In this document: positions 12,915 to 23,191 of the stretch, one piece after another | Layout of the letters: every line of letters starts with the position of its first letter | Numbering within the stretch: the stretch's first letter is position 1 | Source: Lophium mytilinum | Taxonomy: Eukaryota | Direction of reading: 5' to 3' | Assembly (NCBI GenBank): GCA_010093605.1 | Contig: MU004197.1 | Location: 372,001 to 436,000 of the forward strand | DNA: 64,000 nucleotides | Position numbers and translations under genes: made by a program | The notes under the pieces: model-generated | The model's database searches: none | Seen by the model: only the letters and a program-made list of their open reading frames with translations | What the model was told of the DNA's origin: nothing

Positions 12915-13821
12915 ATGGAACCCTCCTGCGAATGCATCAAGGTATACCCCCCATCCGCCTCTCCCACCACCCTCTACTCAGCTACTCACCCTATTCCCTC
13001 AGGGCACCATCCACGCCGGCCTCCCCATCGGCACCGAAGAAACGCTCCACGGCCTCAACACCTACATCGTCGGCAACCGCACCAACCCGCGCGCCACCAT
13101 CGTCCTCTACTCCGACATCTTCGGCCTGCCCCTCCCCAACAACAAACTCATCGCCGACGCCTACGCCAAGAGCGGCGAGTACCTCGTCTACCTCCCCGAC
13201 TTCTTCAAAGGCGACCCCGTTCCGCTCAAGCTCGCCGACATCCTGATCCCGGTCGACGAGTCCAAGCAGTCGTCGCTCGGGAAATACTCCGGCCTCCTCG
13301 CGCGGGCCCCGGCGTTTCTGATGTGGATGGCGCGCCACAAGGAAGCGCCGACGAATAAAGTGTGCATGGATTTCCTGCAGGCGCTGCGCCGCGCGACGCC
13401 GAAGGGGCAGAAGATTGGGATGGTGGGGTTTTGTTGGGGTGGGAAGTATGCGATTCGCGCGGGGTTGAAGAGTAATATGATTCAGGTGGATGGGGCGAAG
13501 GTGCCGCTGGTGGATGCGGTGGTGGCGTTGCATCCGAGCCATGTGGCGGTTCCAGAGGATGTCGAGGGGTTGGTTGTGCCGGTGAGCTATGGATGGGGAC
13601 TCGAGGACACTGGCGTGAAGATCGAACAGAAGGGGAAGGTGGAGGAGATTCATGCGAAGGCGAGGAAGGCGGGTGGGACGGTGCCGGAGATGCAGCATAA
13701 GGTGTATAAGCCTGGACGCCATGGGTTTGCGGTCAGAGGGAATCCGGATGATCCCTTGGAGAGGGCTTGTTTGGAGGACTCGGTGACGCAAGCTTTGGAT
13801 TGGTTTGCGCGCTGGCTTTGA
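12915..13821 (+). CDS. Dienelactone hydrolase family (alpha/beta hydrolase); intron 12942-13002
   Basis: YSDIFG, YLPDFF, nucleophile motif GFCWGG and HGFAVRG. Confidence 0.92.
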
Positions 13822-14173
13822 GCTGGGCTCGCACTATCTTTGAAGTTCTGGAGGGAGCTGAGTTGGATGTGGTGATAGAGCTGATGGGGCCTTAGATTGT
13901 TGCTTTACTAATTAATGTTAGCGGGTACGTAGATTGTTTTGTTTCAGAAAGACATAATCTTACTCTGTATTGCTCCAAACTAATGACCCAAACGCCAGAA
14001 ATCGTGGTCATGATCTCTCACAGCAGATCGTCGCGGAGAGAAAGCGTTTGCGAGAGGAGTACAGCGGTTAATTGTTGTCGTCAACCTCCATATTAATAAA
14101 CACATACAGCTTCGATCTATAAGAGCCGCCATCAAGTCTACCTCGTGGCACATTCAATCAGACTTACACCATT

Positions 14174-16292
14174 TCAATCATACAACCTATCTTTTCGTAG
14201 TCGCTGCACCCCAGCTGTCACAGCGAATGCAATATGCCCTGTCTCACCTGCGACATTGACATCTCCAAGAGTAATACGCATCTCTCTCATTGCACTCGCC
14301 CTTTCCAACCCATCCAGATGCGAAGGCTGATTCAATTCCGCGAACGGGTTGTCCCTCGTGGACGAAGACACATAACCGAGGACATCCGGCGCAAGCGTCA
14401 TGCTCATAAGAACGAGTGATGCCACCCCTGCAAGGAGCAAAAGGCAGGATATAACAAGAAGAAAGGCTGCAAATGTCATGTTGCAAGCGTATTGTTCGCC
14501 GTTTGAGTCGGTGATTGTTGCTTGGGTGGTGTTGAAGTCGAAGACTGTCGCACCGGCTTGGGTGGCGCGTCTGCTAGGGGTTTGGGAACGCTTTGAGCCA
14601 GACCTGATAAAGATTTCGCCTGCTACCCATTCGTGTGAGATGTTGTCGTATAAAGTCATGTTCGTGCTAAGATTTCCAAAGAGATATTGAGCTCCATACG
14701 TAGACTGCCAGTACGTATTGAGCAGCATTTCGAAATTCCGGCTAAGAGTTGAAAGCGGGACCGTTGAGAGATTGGAAAAGGTCTTGAAATTTTCTACAAC
14801 GTAGCTGGAACTGGGATCTTGGAGCCACATCTCCGTCAATGAGCTGGCCAACCTGAAGCTTCCCTGAAGCAAGGAGCCGATTGTTGCAAACGGAAGGTAA
14901 ATGAAGCTGAGTTGAATGTCTGCGTAGTCGGTATGCCACCACGAGCTAAGATTAACTGTGAGGTTTCGGATGGCCGTGACTCGGCACGAACGATCGCTGC
15001 AGAATATCGAAGACTGCACGTCTTGAGGCGCCATCGTGCAATTGACAACGCTGACATCTTTCCCGTCTAGGTCGTTTGGAGAAATCATGCCGAATGACGC
15101 GATGGCGCCGTCATGATAGATTGGTGGCATGTCGCTATCTCCTTGAATTATAAAGTTACCTCCCCCGCTATATGTTGAGAAGCCGGCGCCCATTCCAGCA
15201 GAACTGTTCTGAAATGTTGTGCTATTCTCCACGTGTACGGCGCTGTCGCAATTGATGGCCAAATATCTGCTGACGATGTGGAAGGACAGGTTTCCCGTAG
15301 CGGGAATACCGACCACGGGGATACCTAGCAGTGACGAGTAGGGTATTTCCTGACTAGAATTGAGTGTTTTCCATGACTCATTTCCTATGGAAAGGAGCGG
15401 CGCCAATGAACCATAACTTGGTATCCTCACATTCCCGAACAGATCCTGACTAGAATTCTGCTGAATTCGGGAAGTTGTGAGAGCAGTCATATATATTGAT
15501 GCATACGAACCCCAGCCGGACGATGCACCGACAGCGCCATCCATCGCGGTCATAATTGATGCTGCAGCTATCGGTAGGTATCGAATAGTAGCGTTGGCAG
15601 ATTCGAATCTTGGGGAAACGTGGAGAAGACGAAGCGCAGACTGGCCTCCAAGTGGCGAAAGTGCCCAAAGCAATACCATAGAGATACCGAGAATATATTG
15701 TCCTCGCAAGACGAGTTGTCTCTCTATTGCAGCGAAAAGCGATTGAGATCCGATAAGGCGTTCTAGTGTCTGGTTATATCAGCAAAGGTTTGGAAGGTTG
15801 GAGCAACCTAATTCCGGAGCAAGAAAGTATACCCCTAATTTAATTCCACGTTCGGCCTGGAACAAGCCCAAGGCTCTGAAGAACTTTCCAATGATTGCAG
15901 CGAAGACTATTGGGAATATGGTAGGTGATAGGGCGATGGCCTCTTGCACAGCATGTCCAGTTTGAGAGGTTGGTTTCTTGTCTAAAGAGATTGCAGTCAG
16001 AGCAAGTGCTGCAGCAGGATCTAATGTCAGCGAGAAAATCATGATATATTCTTTTGGGGAACCAAATACCAATGAAAAGGACAGGAAATATGGCAAGTAA
16101 TATTTGAAGTGACATGGGAAGAAACTGGATACGGCTCAGTCTCCGGGGCCTTGGTTTTGACGGTCCTTCTGGACCATTCGATACGTTCCGCGTAGGAAGT
16201 GGAGAAGAACTGGCGCGTTCCCCGCCAACCTCTGCATGCTCGTATTCGCTAGATATTCTGACTAGCTCATGGTCTTGGCCGGTAGACGGCAT
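14174..16292 (-). CDS. Uncharacterised fungal multi-pass membrane glycoprotein (spliced; exon limits approximate)
   Basis: 511-aa ORF plus upstream exons (ORFs 15779-16096, 15840-16292); hydrophobic segments, LLWALSPLGGQS, many N-x-S/T sites, C-terminal APDVLGYVSSSTRDNP. Confidence 0.75.
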
Positions 16293-17399
16293 CTCTTCGA
16301 ACGTTGTGTAGACGACCTCGCGAACTTAGAAAGGCCTAGAGCGAATGCCTCACTAAACGTAGCGAAAGAAAATTTGGAGTAAAGGGGACCCTGCGCCGGC
16401 TTTCCTGGCCTTATCAATCTCCTGAGCCGGATTGAAAGGATGGGTGAGGCGGAGTAGGAAGGCTGGCTGTGTCTCATTAGTACCGCCTACGAAAGCCTGC
16501 GTCGAGTGCTCTATGCGGGCGTCTACTATCCTCTATGCGGCTAATACTGTCCCTATCGCAAAGGCTTCTGCTCCCCCGATAAATCTGTTTTGGGGCCAAT
16601 AAGCTAGACTTACTGCTATTACAAATCTTTTAGCTTAGAAAACGCGACCAGCATGCTGCATTGCATGCCAGACCGGTCAAACACAGCCCCGCGAAGCACA
16701 GCCCCCCATAATGCAGCCTATGCCGGCAGTCGAATCATCAGAGGAAGTCGGGCAGACAAAAGTGGCTTATAGTCGAGGTGGAGGAGCCGGATTTAAGGTT
16801 GCGAAGATGTATAGTGCGCGGTATGCTATGATGACAGTTAAGGTGTATGGAGGAGAGGCTTGAAGGAGGAGAGCAGCCTCGCCCTAAATAGTGAGAGAAA
16901 AACACGACGCAAGAAGGATAATAACGATTGAGATCCATTTCCCAATTACATTTACATGAAGTAAGAATATAGCGAATACCATGCTTTCTACCCCTACCGC
17001 TAGTAGATGGAAGCCCTATCATTCACTTTGAAGTCACATGATTTTCACGTGACTGGTTTTCATTTACCACTGCTTGAGCGGCCCCCATACTTCTCCAGTA
17101 TTTTGAATGCGATGTCAAGCTCTACACAGCATACATTAGACTGCTCTTTACCTGTCGGGCTACCTGCTCGTTGGGCTACTCCCGACAGTGCTAAACAGGA
17201 CTCGGAACCTCTTCTCCTCATTAAACGAAAGGAAGTGGAGCCTTTGGTAGATAATTCGTTTTAATTCAAGAGTAGATAAGTGCAGGTCTAATATCTATGC
17301 TCTATTGCGTATCTTTCACTCACCGCATCTTTTGGGCATTAGAAACGCAGACGGCTTCATATTGGACCACGAGTCTGTTACATCTAGGGTTCCCCCGTA

Positions 17400-20290
17400 G
17401 AAAGTAAAAGACCACCTCATACAGTGCTATTAGCATGGAAATTATACGTCTGAAGTTGAACGCGCGGTACATATGCGTGTTAGACTGCGCCTTTGTAGCT
17501 GTCGACCTGATTTGCGCTTTGGAACTTGACTTGCATGATAACTTTATTACACGAGCAGAGCCACCTCATACAGTGCTATTATTGCAGAAAATGCGAGTCT
17601 GGAAGAAAGTGCGAGCTAGATACTCATATTCATCCACACTCTTTCAACCCTCAGTCGATCTACAGCCCCGGAGCCTTTACATTCTCGATTTTGCTACTAT
17701 CCCTATCAAGCCTCCTCGTGCGGCGCTGAAAGTAGAGAAACAACGTGCCTGAGATGAAAATAGAAGCGAATGCATCCCAACATGCATGAATATCTGCTAA
17801 AGACATTGCCTGGGATAGATCTGAAGCCTGCGATAGCTTTCTACCCCATTTATACTTCGGGGACCCTACGACCAGTTCGATTGAGGTGAGGCCCATTGAG
17901 CCACCTCGCACATTACTACCCGCATGGTAACTACACTAGTGGTGAGGTGGGATATATAGCCAATCCTTCTTTACTTCAAGCTTTATGCGTTCAAGAAGCC
18001 ACTACCCTCTCTACGCCTCCGAAAATTTTACACCCAAGTCCGCTCGGATAGGGCCTATGGAGCCACCTCATACAGCGCTATTTTTTTGGCAACTGTATGA
18101 GTAGTTGAGATGGATACGTAGCGAGTCCTCTCGTGGGTCACTTCCCGGTGTTCCAACAGCCCCGGTCCAGTTCAGGCCTCCGGAGACGTTCCATTCAGCG
18201 CGAACTAGATGAAACACATAGAGCCACCTCAGACAACGCTATTCACACGCCAAATGAGCGAGTGATTAGGTTGAACATGCAGCGAGTTCTCTCGTAAGTC
18301 AATTATATGTGTGAAAGCAGCCCTAATCCATTTCACACTTCTAAAACCTCTACACTCACTCGAATCGGGGGAGACTTATGGAGCCACTTCACATCAGCGC
18401 TGCTCTCGTGACAACTGCACGAGTTTATAGGCAGGATGTAGGTGATCCTCCTGTGAGTCAATATTCATGTGTAGAAAGCACCGATCCAATTCACACCCTC
18501 AGAGCCTTTACACTCATTCCACTCTAGCTGGGCCTATGGAACCATCTCATGTGACACTATTCACAAAGGAAGTAAATGTGTAATTAGGCTAGGTCCGTAA
18601 CGAGCCCTCGTCTACGACATGTTTCGTGCATCTTAACGGCCTGTATTCAATTTAGAACTTCCGTCATCTTTGCATACGTTCAGCTTAGAGTGAGCCCATG
18701 GAGGCACCTTCAACGGCGTTATTTGCAAGGCAAGTGTATGCATCTTTAGGCAAATATGTAGCGATTCCCGATGTCGTCCAATTTAGTGGTTGTCAAAACC
18801 CCCTAGCCATTTCACACCTCCGCAATCTTTATATTCATTCGAAGTTGAATTGTGCCCGTAGAGCCAGCTCGTGCGGTGTTGTTACCATGGAAAATCAAAC
18901 AGTATTCGGGTAAGATATGTAGAAGACTTCTTGAACGTCTAATTTTAAACACCTAAAAACCTTGCATCTATTTCACGAACCAGAATCTTCACCTCCTGTT
19001 TGAGATTATAGAACCTCGCCGAGCCACCTCTTATAGCGCTATCCATAAGGCGGTTGTAAATATCTCTAGGTAGAATATAGCATAGGGTTTCCAAAACATA
19101 CCCTTCCATCACGTAAGAAGCTTTCATCTAGGTTATGACTAGGAATGTTTACATCCTGTTCAAAACGGGTCGAGCTCACGGAGCCACCTCGTACGACGCT
19201 ATTCGTAAGGTAAATCCACAATTCTATAGGTAGCTTATACTACGCGGCTTCCAATGCGTCCCGTTTTAGGCACGTAACAGGCTCGCATCTAATCTACGCC
19301 CTAAGAAGCTTTACATTATGTTCGAAACTTTTAGAGCTCGTGGAGCCACCTCTTACGATCTTATTAACATAGAATATACCTATATCTCGAGGTATAGTAT
19401 ATAGTAAGTTCCCCCTAGCTTCTATTTAGAGGATGTAAAAAGTAGACACCTAAATCACGCATTAGAGAATGTGATATCCTATTTACTATAGCGAATACTT
19501 AAGAAGCCACCTCTTACATTACTAATAGCACGGAAAATACAGGAATCTCGAGGTATAATATACCGCGAGCTGTCCTAAACACCAACCCTAAACATGTAAA
19601 AAGCTCCTACCTACTTCCCGCGTTCGAGAACGGAACATCCATTTCTGCTCTCGACGGATTTGCTAGGCCATCCCACGCAGTTGCATTAGACTGAAAAACG
19701 CATTCCTAAAATGAGATCTCTGGCAAGGATATTAAGGAACTTTGGAGATTTAGGTACGGTTATAAGCAAGCGCTTAAAAAATTATAATTCCTAATATATA
19801 AAAAGCCGCTATCCACTTTGCGCCTTTAAGAACGTGGCATCTACTTCTACTATTTATAACCCTTAAGAACCACCCCCTACAGCGGTATCGACCTAGAAAT
19901 CACGCTCGCTAAACGAACCCCCAGCAAAGATGTCGCAAAATACACGATTCTTAAGCATTATATACAGCAACCCCTCGTAAAATCCCAATTCCTAGGATGT
20001 ACAAAGCAGCTATCTACTTCACGCATCTAAGAACGTAACATCCACTTCTACTATCAATAAACCTTTAGAACCGCCCCCTACAGCGCCATCAAGCCAGAAA
20101 TCGCGCTCCTAGAATGAGCTCCCGAGTAGAGACATTGTAAAATACATGATTTCCAACCAATATATATAGCAAGCCTTCAAAAAAACTCTATTTTTAGTAT
20201 GTAAAAAGCGCCCATCTAATGTTCAGACTTGAGAACGTGACATCCATTTCTGCACTACCCGAACCTACGGAGCCACCTCCTGCAGCGGCA
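17400..20290 (+). repeat. Left degenerate tandem array, ~18 units, core GAGCCACCTC..(A/G)CGCTATT; period mostly 158-162 bp, also ~150, 190 and 201-202
   Basis: Cores at ~17412, 17561, 17711, 17901, 18063, 18224, 18384, 18542, 18704, 18864, 19024, 19184, 19346, 19507, 19668, 19870, 20071 and 20273. A second conserved block (TTTACA/GACATC) lies ~35 bp upstream of many cores. Confidence 0.9.
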
Positions 20291-20629
20291 TCACTCCCGC
20301 AAACACTCAGTCCCATCACCCTGAAACGAAGGCGAAATGGTTAGGTACTTAGTATCGTGTCGAATTATGATCTCAAAGCCACACAGTTTAGATCATATTA
20401 TGTCGTTCTCACGGTTTGCACACGCGCATGTCACATTGAAGCCACTCAGCACAGTGTTTGCATAAGCCAGCAGCAGCGCCAGCAGTTCCAATTCTCGTTG
20501 TCTGATTTATCTGATCTCAAACCACCCCCCAAATCTCAACCCCCCTCTCTCCCCTCTGCCACCCCGCCCCACCCCCCGACTGCCCGCAAGCCACCCGCGG
20601 CCCTCCCCAGCCGCCCACCCAACCCCTCC

Positions 20630-23191
20630 TCATTCCTCCTCCTCGGACTCCGTGTCTTCCTCCTCCTCCTCGTCCTCAACCTCAGCCACAGTGGCCGGGG
20701 CGGGAGCGGAGGCGGAGGGGACGCGGCGGCCCCTCGCGGGACCAGCCAGGAGCCCTCGGCGGGTCTGAGGCGGAGCGGGCGGGACGGCCAGGTTCGCCGC
20801 CAGGCGCTTGCGGCGCAACTTCCACAACGCCTGCTGCAGGCCGTTGCCCGTGCAGTACGAGTCGACGTGCTCGGCAATGTCCCCATAGGGGACGATGCCG
20901 TGCCGAGCACGCCACTCGTACTCAAACCCCAGGCAGCACTTCTCCCAAAAGTCCTGGTTCGGGCGCATCAACTTTCCACGCGGCGCGCGCATCTTCCGGT
21001 TCATCGGCAGCTTGCGTGGCCCCTTCGGGGACTTGTCGTCGTCTTCCTCCTTCTTCAGCGACGCGGCGGGGGCAGGCTTGCACGACTTCTTCTCCTTGTT
21101 CGAGGACGACTTGGCCGGCTTGGGCTTGGGAGGCTGTGCGGTCTTCTTCTGCTTCTTTGCTTTGGTTGGCGGGACGTACTCGTCGTCTGACTCTGGGTCC
21201 TTGTACACGTAGAAGTCGCTTCCACCGGCCTCTTCCTCCTCTGGTTCTCCCAAAGCTTCGCGGAACGTGCGGCGGCGACCAGGCGGAGCGGGCGCAAGAT
21301 CTTCCAAAGTGCGGCCTTGGCACTGCTCCATAGGGTGGGGAGCTTCCAGGTCCTGGTGCCACGCGGGCTCGGGAGCCTCCCGCTCATTGACGGTGAATGG
21401 GTCGAACGCGGAGCCTCGCGGGATGCCCGGGCCGTCTTGGAAGAAGTCTCGCTGGTCGTGGAACTGGCGAGAGTTGTCGAGGTTGTGCGAGGGTGCTTGG
21501 CCAGTCGAGGACGGTCGTGAGGCTGAGCTCGACGGTCTCTGGTTGGACTGGGTGGCAGTGCCTGCGCCAGCGGAGGGAAGGAGGTAGGCATTCCTCAGGT
21601 TGCCGGTGGAGGTGTACGGGTTGGTGGGAGGCTGAATAGAAAGACCTCGAGACGCAGGAGAGCGGCGGTAGGCAGACAAATCGGGCAGGCCGGTGGAGAG
21701 GGTGTATGGGCGGCGGGCCGAGTCTGAAGGAGGGAAGATGGGGTCGTATGGCCGTCCACCGAGTCCACGGGCATCTTGCCAGTTGGTATCAGGACCACGA
21801 GCAGCGTTGCGGCTAGGTTGAGCGGCAGTACGTGCGAAAATGCTGAAAGCAGAGGCATCGGATGCGGAGGGTCTCGTTCCTCCCAAGCCGAACCCAGAGG
21901 TAGTATTAGATGCCTGACGACCGGTATTGGTGTGATAGTCGTAGTTGGTCATGTCAAGGGAGGCTGTTTGATCGGACTGAGTACGACCTGTTGTGTTGGA
22001 GTCGGAGTGGGGCATAAGACCAGACGAGCCAAACCCAGTGTTGCCGTAATCTCCATAGCCGAACGACGAGGAGAGATCGGACAGACCCTGACCGAGGTTG
22101 TTACGGTTCGAACGATCAAAGCTATCGGTTCGGTCTCGACCAGTAGAGCTCGCGTTTCCGAAGACACCGAGCTCAGCCAAGAAGTCATCAGAGTCTTGAC
22201 CAGCCGTGTTGGGGGCAATCGAGTCCGCGAAGGCGAAGTCATTCAGGTTCAGATCGTTGCCGGTGCCGGTGACGTTGTCAAAGTCGAAGTCAGCCAAAAC
22301 GTCTGACGGATTCTGGTAGGTAGCGGTGGTGCTGTCGAAGCCCAGGGCAGTCATCAGGCCCGACGTGGCCACCTCGTTGGTGTCAATCTGTCTGAACTCG
22401 AAAGCAGAAGCGAAGTCCGACGAGCTTGGAGCGTCGTTTCCCGTTCTGTAAAAGTCGAGGCCGCTCGAGTCCTCGGCTGCTTCCTGACGACGAGAGCGGA
22501 GCATACTGGCAAGCTCTTCGGTGGTCGCGTCATTGCTCGCAGCCAGACGACGACGACGACGACTACTGGGCGGAGATTCGAAGGGAGGCAAGAGAGTAGG
22601 TGTTGCTCGCTGACCGTTGTTGCTGGAGTTCGAATTGGTAGGAGAATGATTGCCATCCTTGAAGATGTCCATTGGGTTGACAGTCAAGCCATCTCCAGAG
22701 GTGCCGTAGCCATACTCCGATTGCCGCAGACTGTCAACTGCCCACGTAGGTGCATTGCGGTACCGTGCAGCATTGCCAAACTGTGCAGCATTGCCATACT
22801 GTGCAGCATTGGCGTACTGTGCAGTCTGAGGATGCAGGAGGGGACGGTTGCCCTGGTCGTACGCAAATGTGACGTTGGGTCCGTGTCCGTAATTGGCTGT
22901 CATGACATAGGGAACCTCTCCTTCAGCACCAAAGGTAGGAGCCTGCGCGGCGTTCGGGACGGGGATATTCTGGTCATCCTCGCTGGTGACAAGGATGAAG
23001 GGAACCTCTTGGGCAGCGCCATTGTTGGGAGCCGGCTGAGTACCGTGCACGGTGGTCATGTCCTGGTCACCGGGGTTGGCAGATGACGGATGGTCACCAC
23101 GACTGGTAGAGGAGCGATGAGTATCGCCTGCTGCATCTTCTTCGTGTTCGACCTTAACGGAGGACGTGCGTGTGTACTTGGGAGGATCCAT
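20630..23191 (-). CDS. 853-aa low-complexity protein with a C-terminal Myb/SANT-like helical motif and acidic tail
   Basis: Single long ORF. C-terminal FWEKCCLGFEYEW..GIVPYGDIAEHVDSYCTGNGLQQALWKLRRKRLAANLAVPPAP resembles fungal Myb-like domains, preceded by a Lys-rich NLS-like stretch. Domain call is from pattern recognition only. Confidence 0.7.
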   Translation of the reverse strand: MDPPKYTRTSSVKVEHEEDAAGDTHRSSTSRGDHPSSANPGDQDMTTVHGTQPAPNNGAAQEVPFILVTSEDDQNIPVPNAAQAPTFGAEGEVPYVMTANYGHGPNVTFAYDQGNRPLLHPQTAQYANAAQYGNAAQFGNAARYRNAPTWAVDSLRQSEYGYGTSGDGLTVNPMDIFKDGNHSPTNSNSSNNGQRATPTLLPPFESPPSSRRRRRLAASNDATTEELASMLRSRRQEAAEDSSGLDFYRTGNDAPSSSDFASAFEFRQIDTNEVATSGLMTALGFDSTTATYQNPSDVLADFDFDNVTGTGNDLNLNDFAFADSIAPNTAGQDSDDFLAELGVFGNASSTGRDRTDSFDRSNRNNLGQGLSDLSSSFGYGDYGNTGFGSSGLMPHSDSNTTGRTQSDQTASLDMTNYDYHTNTGRQASNTTSGFGLGGTRPSASDASAFSIFARTAAQPSRNAARGPDTNWQDARGLGGRPYDPIFPPSDSARRPYTLSTGLPDLSAYRRSPASRGLSIQPPTNPYTSTGNLRNAYLLPSAGAGTATQSNQRPSSSASRPSSTGQAPSHNLDNSRQFHDQRDFFQDGPGIPRGSAFDPFTVNEREAPEPAWHQDLEAPHPMEQCQGRTLEDLAPAPPGRRRTFREALGEPEEEEAGGSDFYVYKDPESDDEYVPPTKAKKQKKTAQPPKPKPAKSSSNKEKKSCKPAPAASLKKEEDDDKSPKGPRKLPMNRKMRAPRGKLMRPNQDFWEKCCLGFEYEWRARHGIVPYGDIAEHVDSYCTGNGLQQALWKLRRKRLAANLAVPPAPPQTRRGLLAGPARGRRVPSASAPAPATVAEVEDEEEEEDTESEEEE

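Noticed and set aside
16480..17400. TTAA-flanked terminal inverted repeats for the 30-kb island
   Set aside because: TTAA sites near 16793, 16838, 17221 and 17261 have no convincing inverted match at 47870-48090 or beyond by eye; the ends remain undefined.
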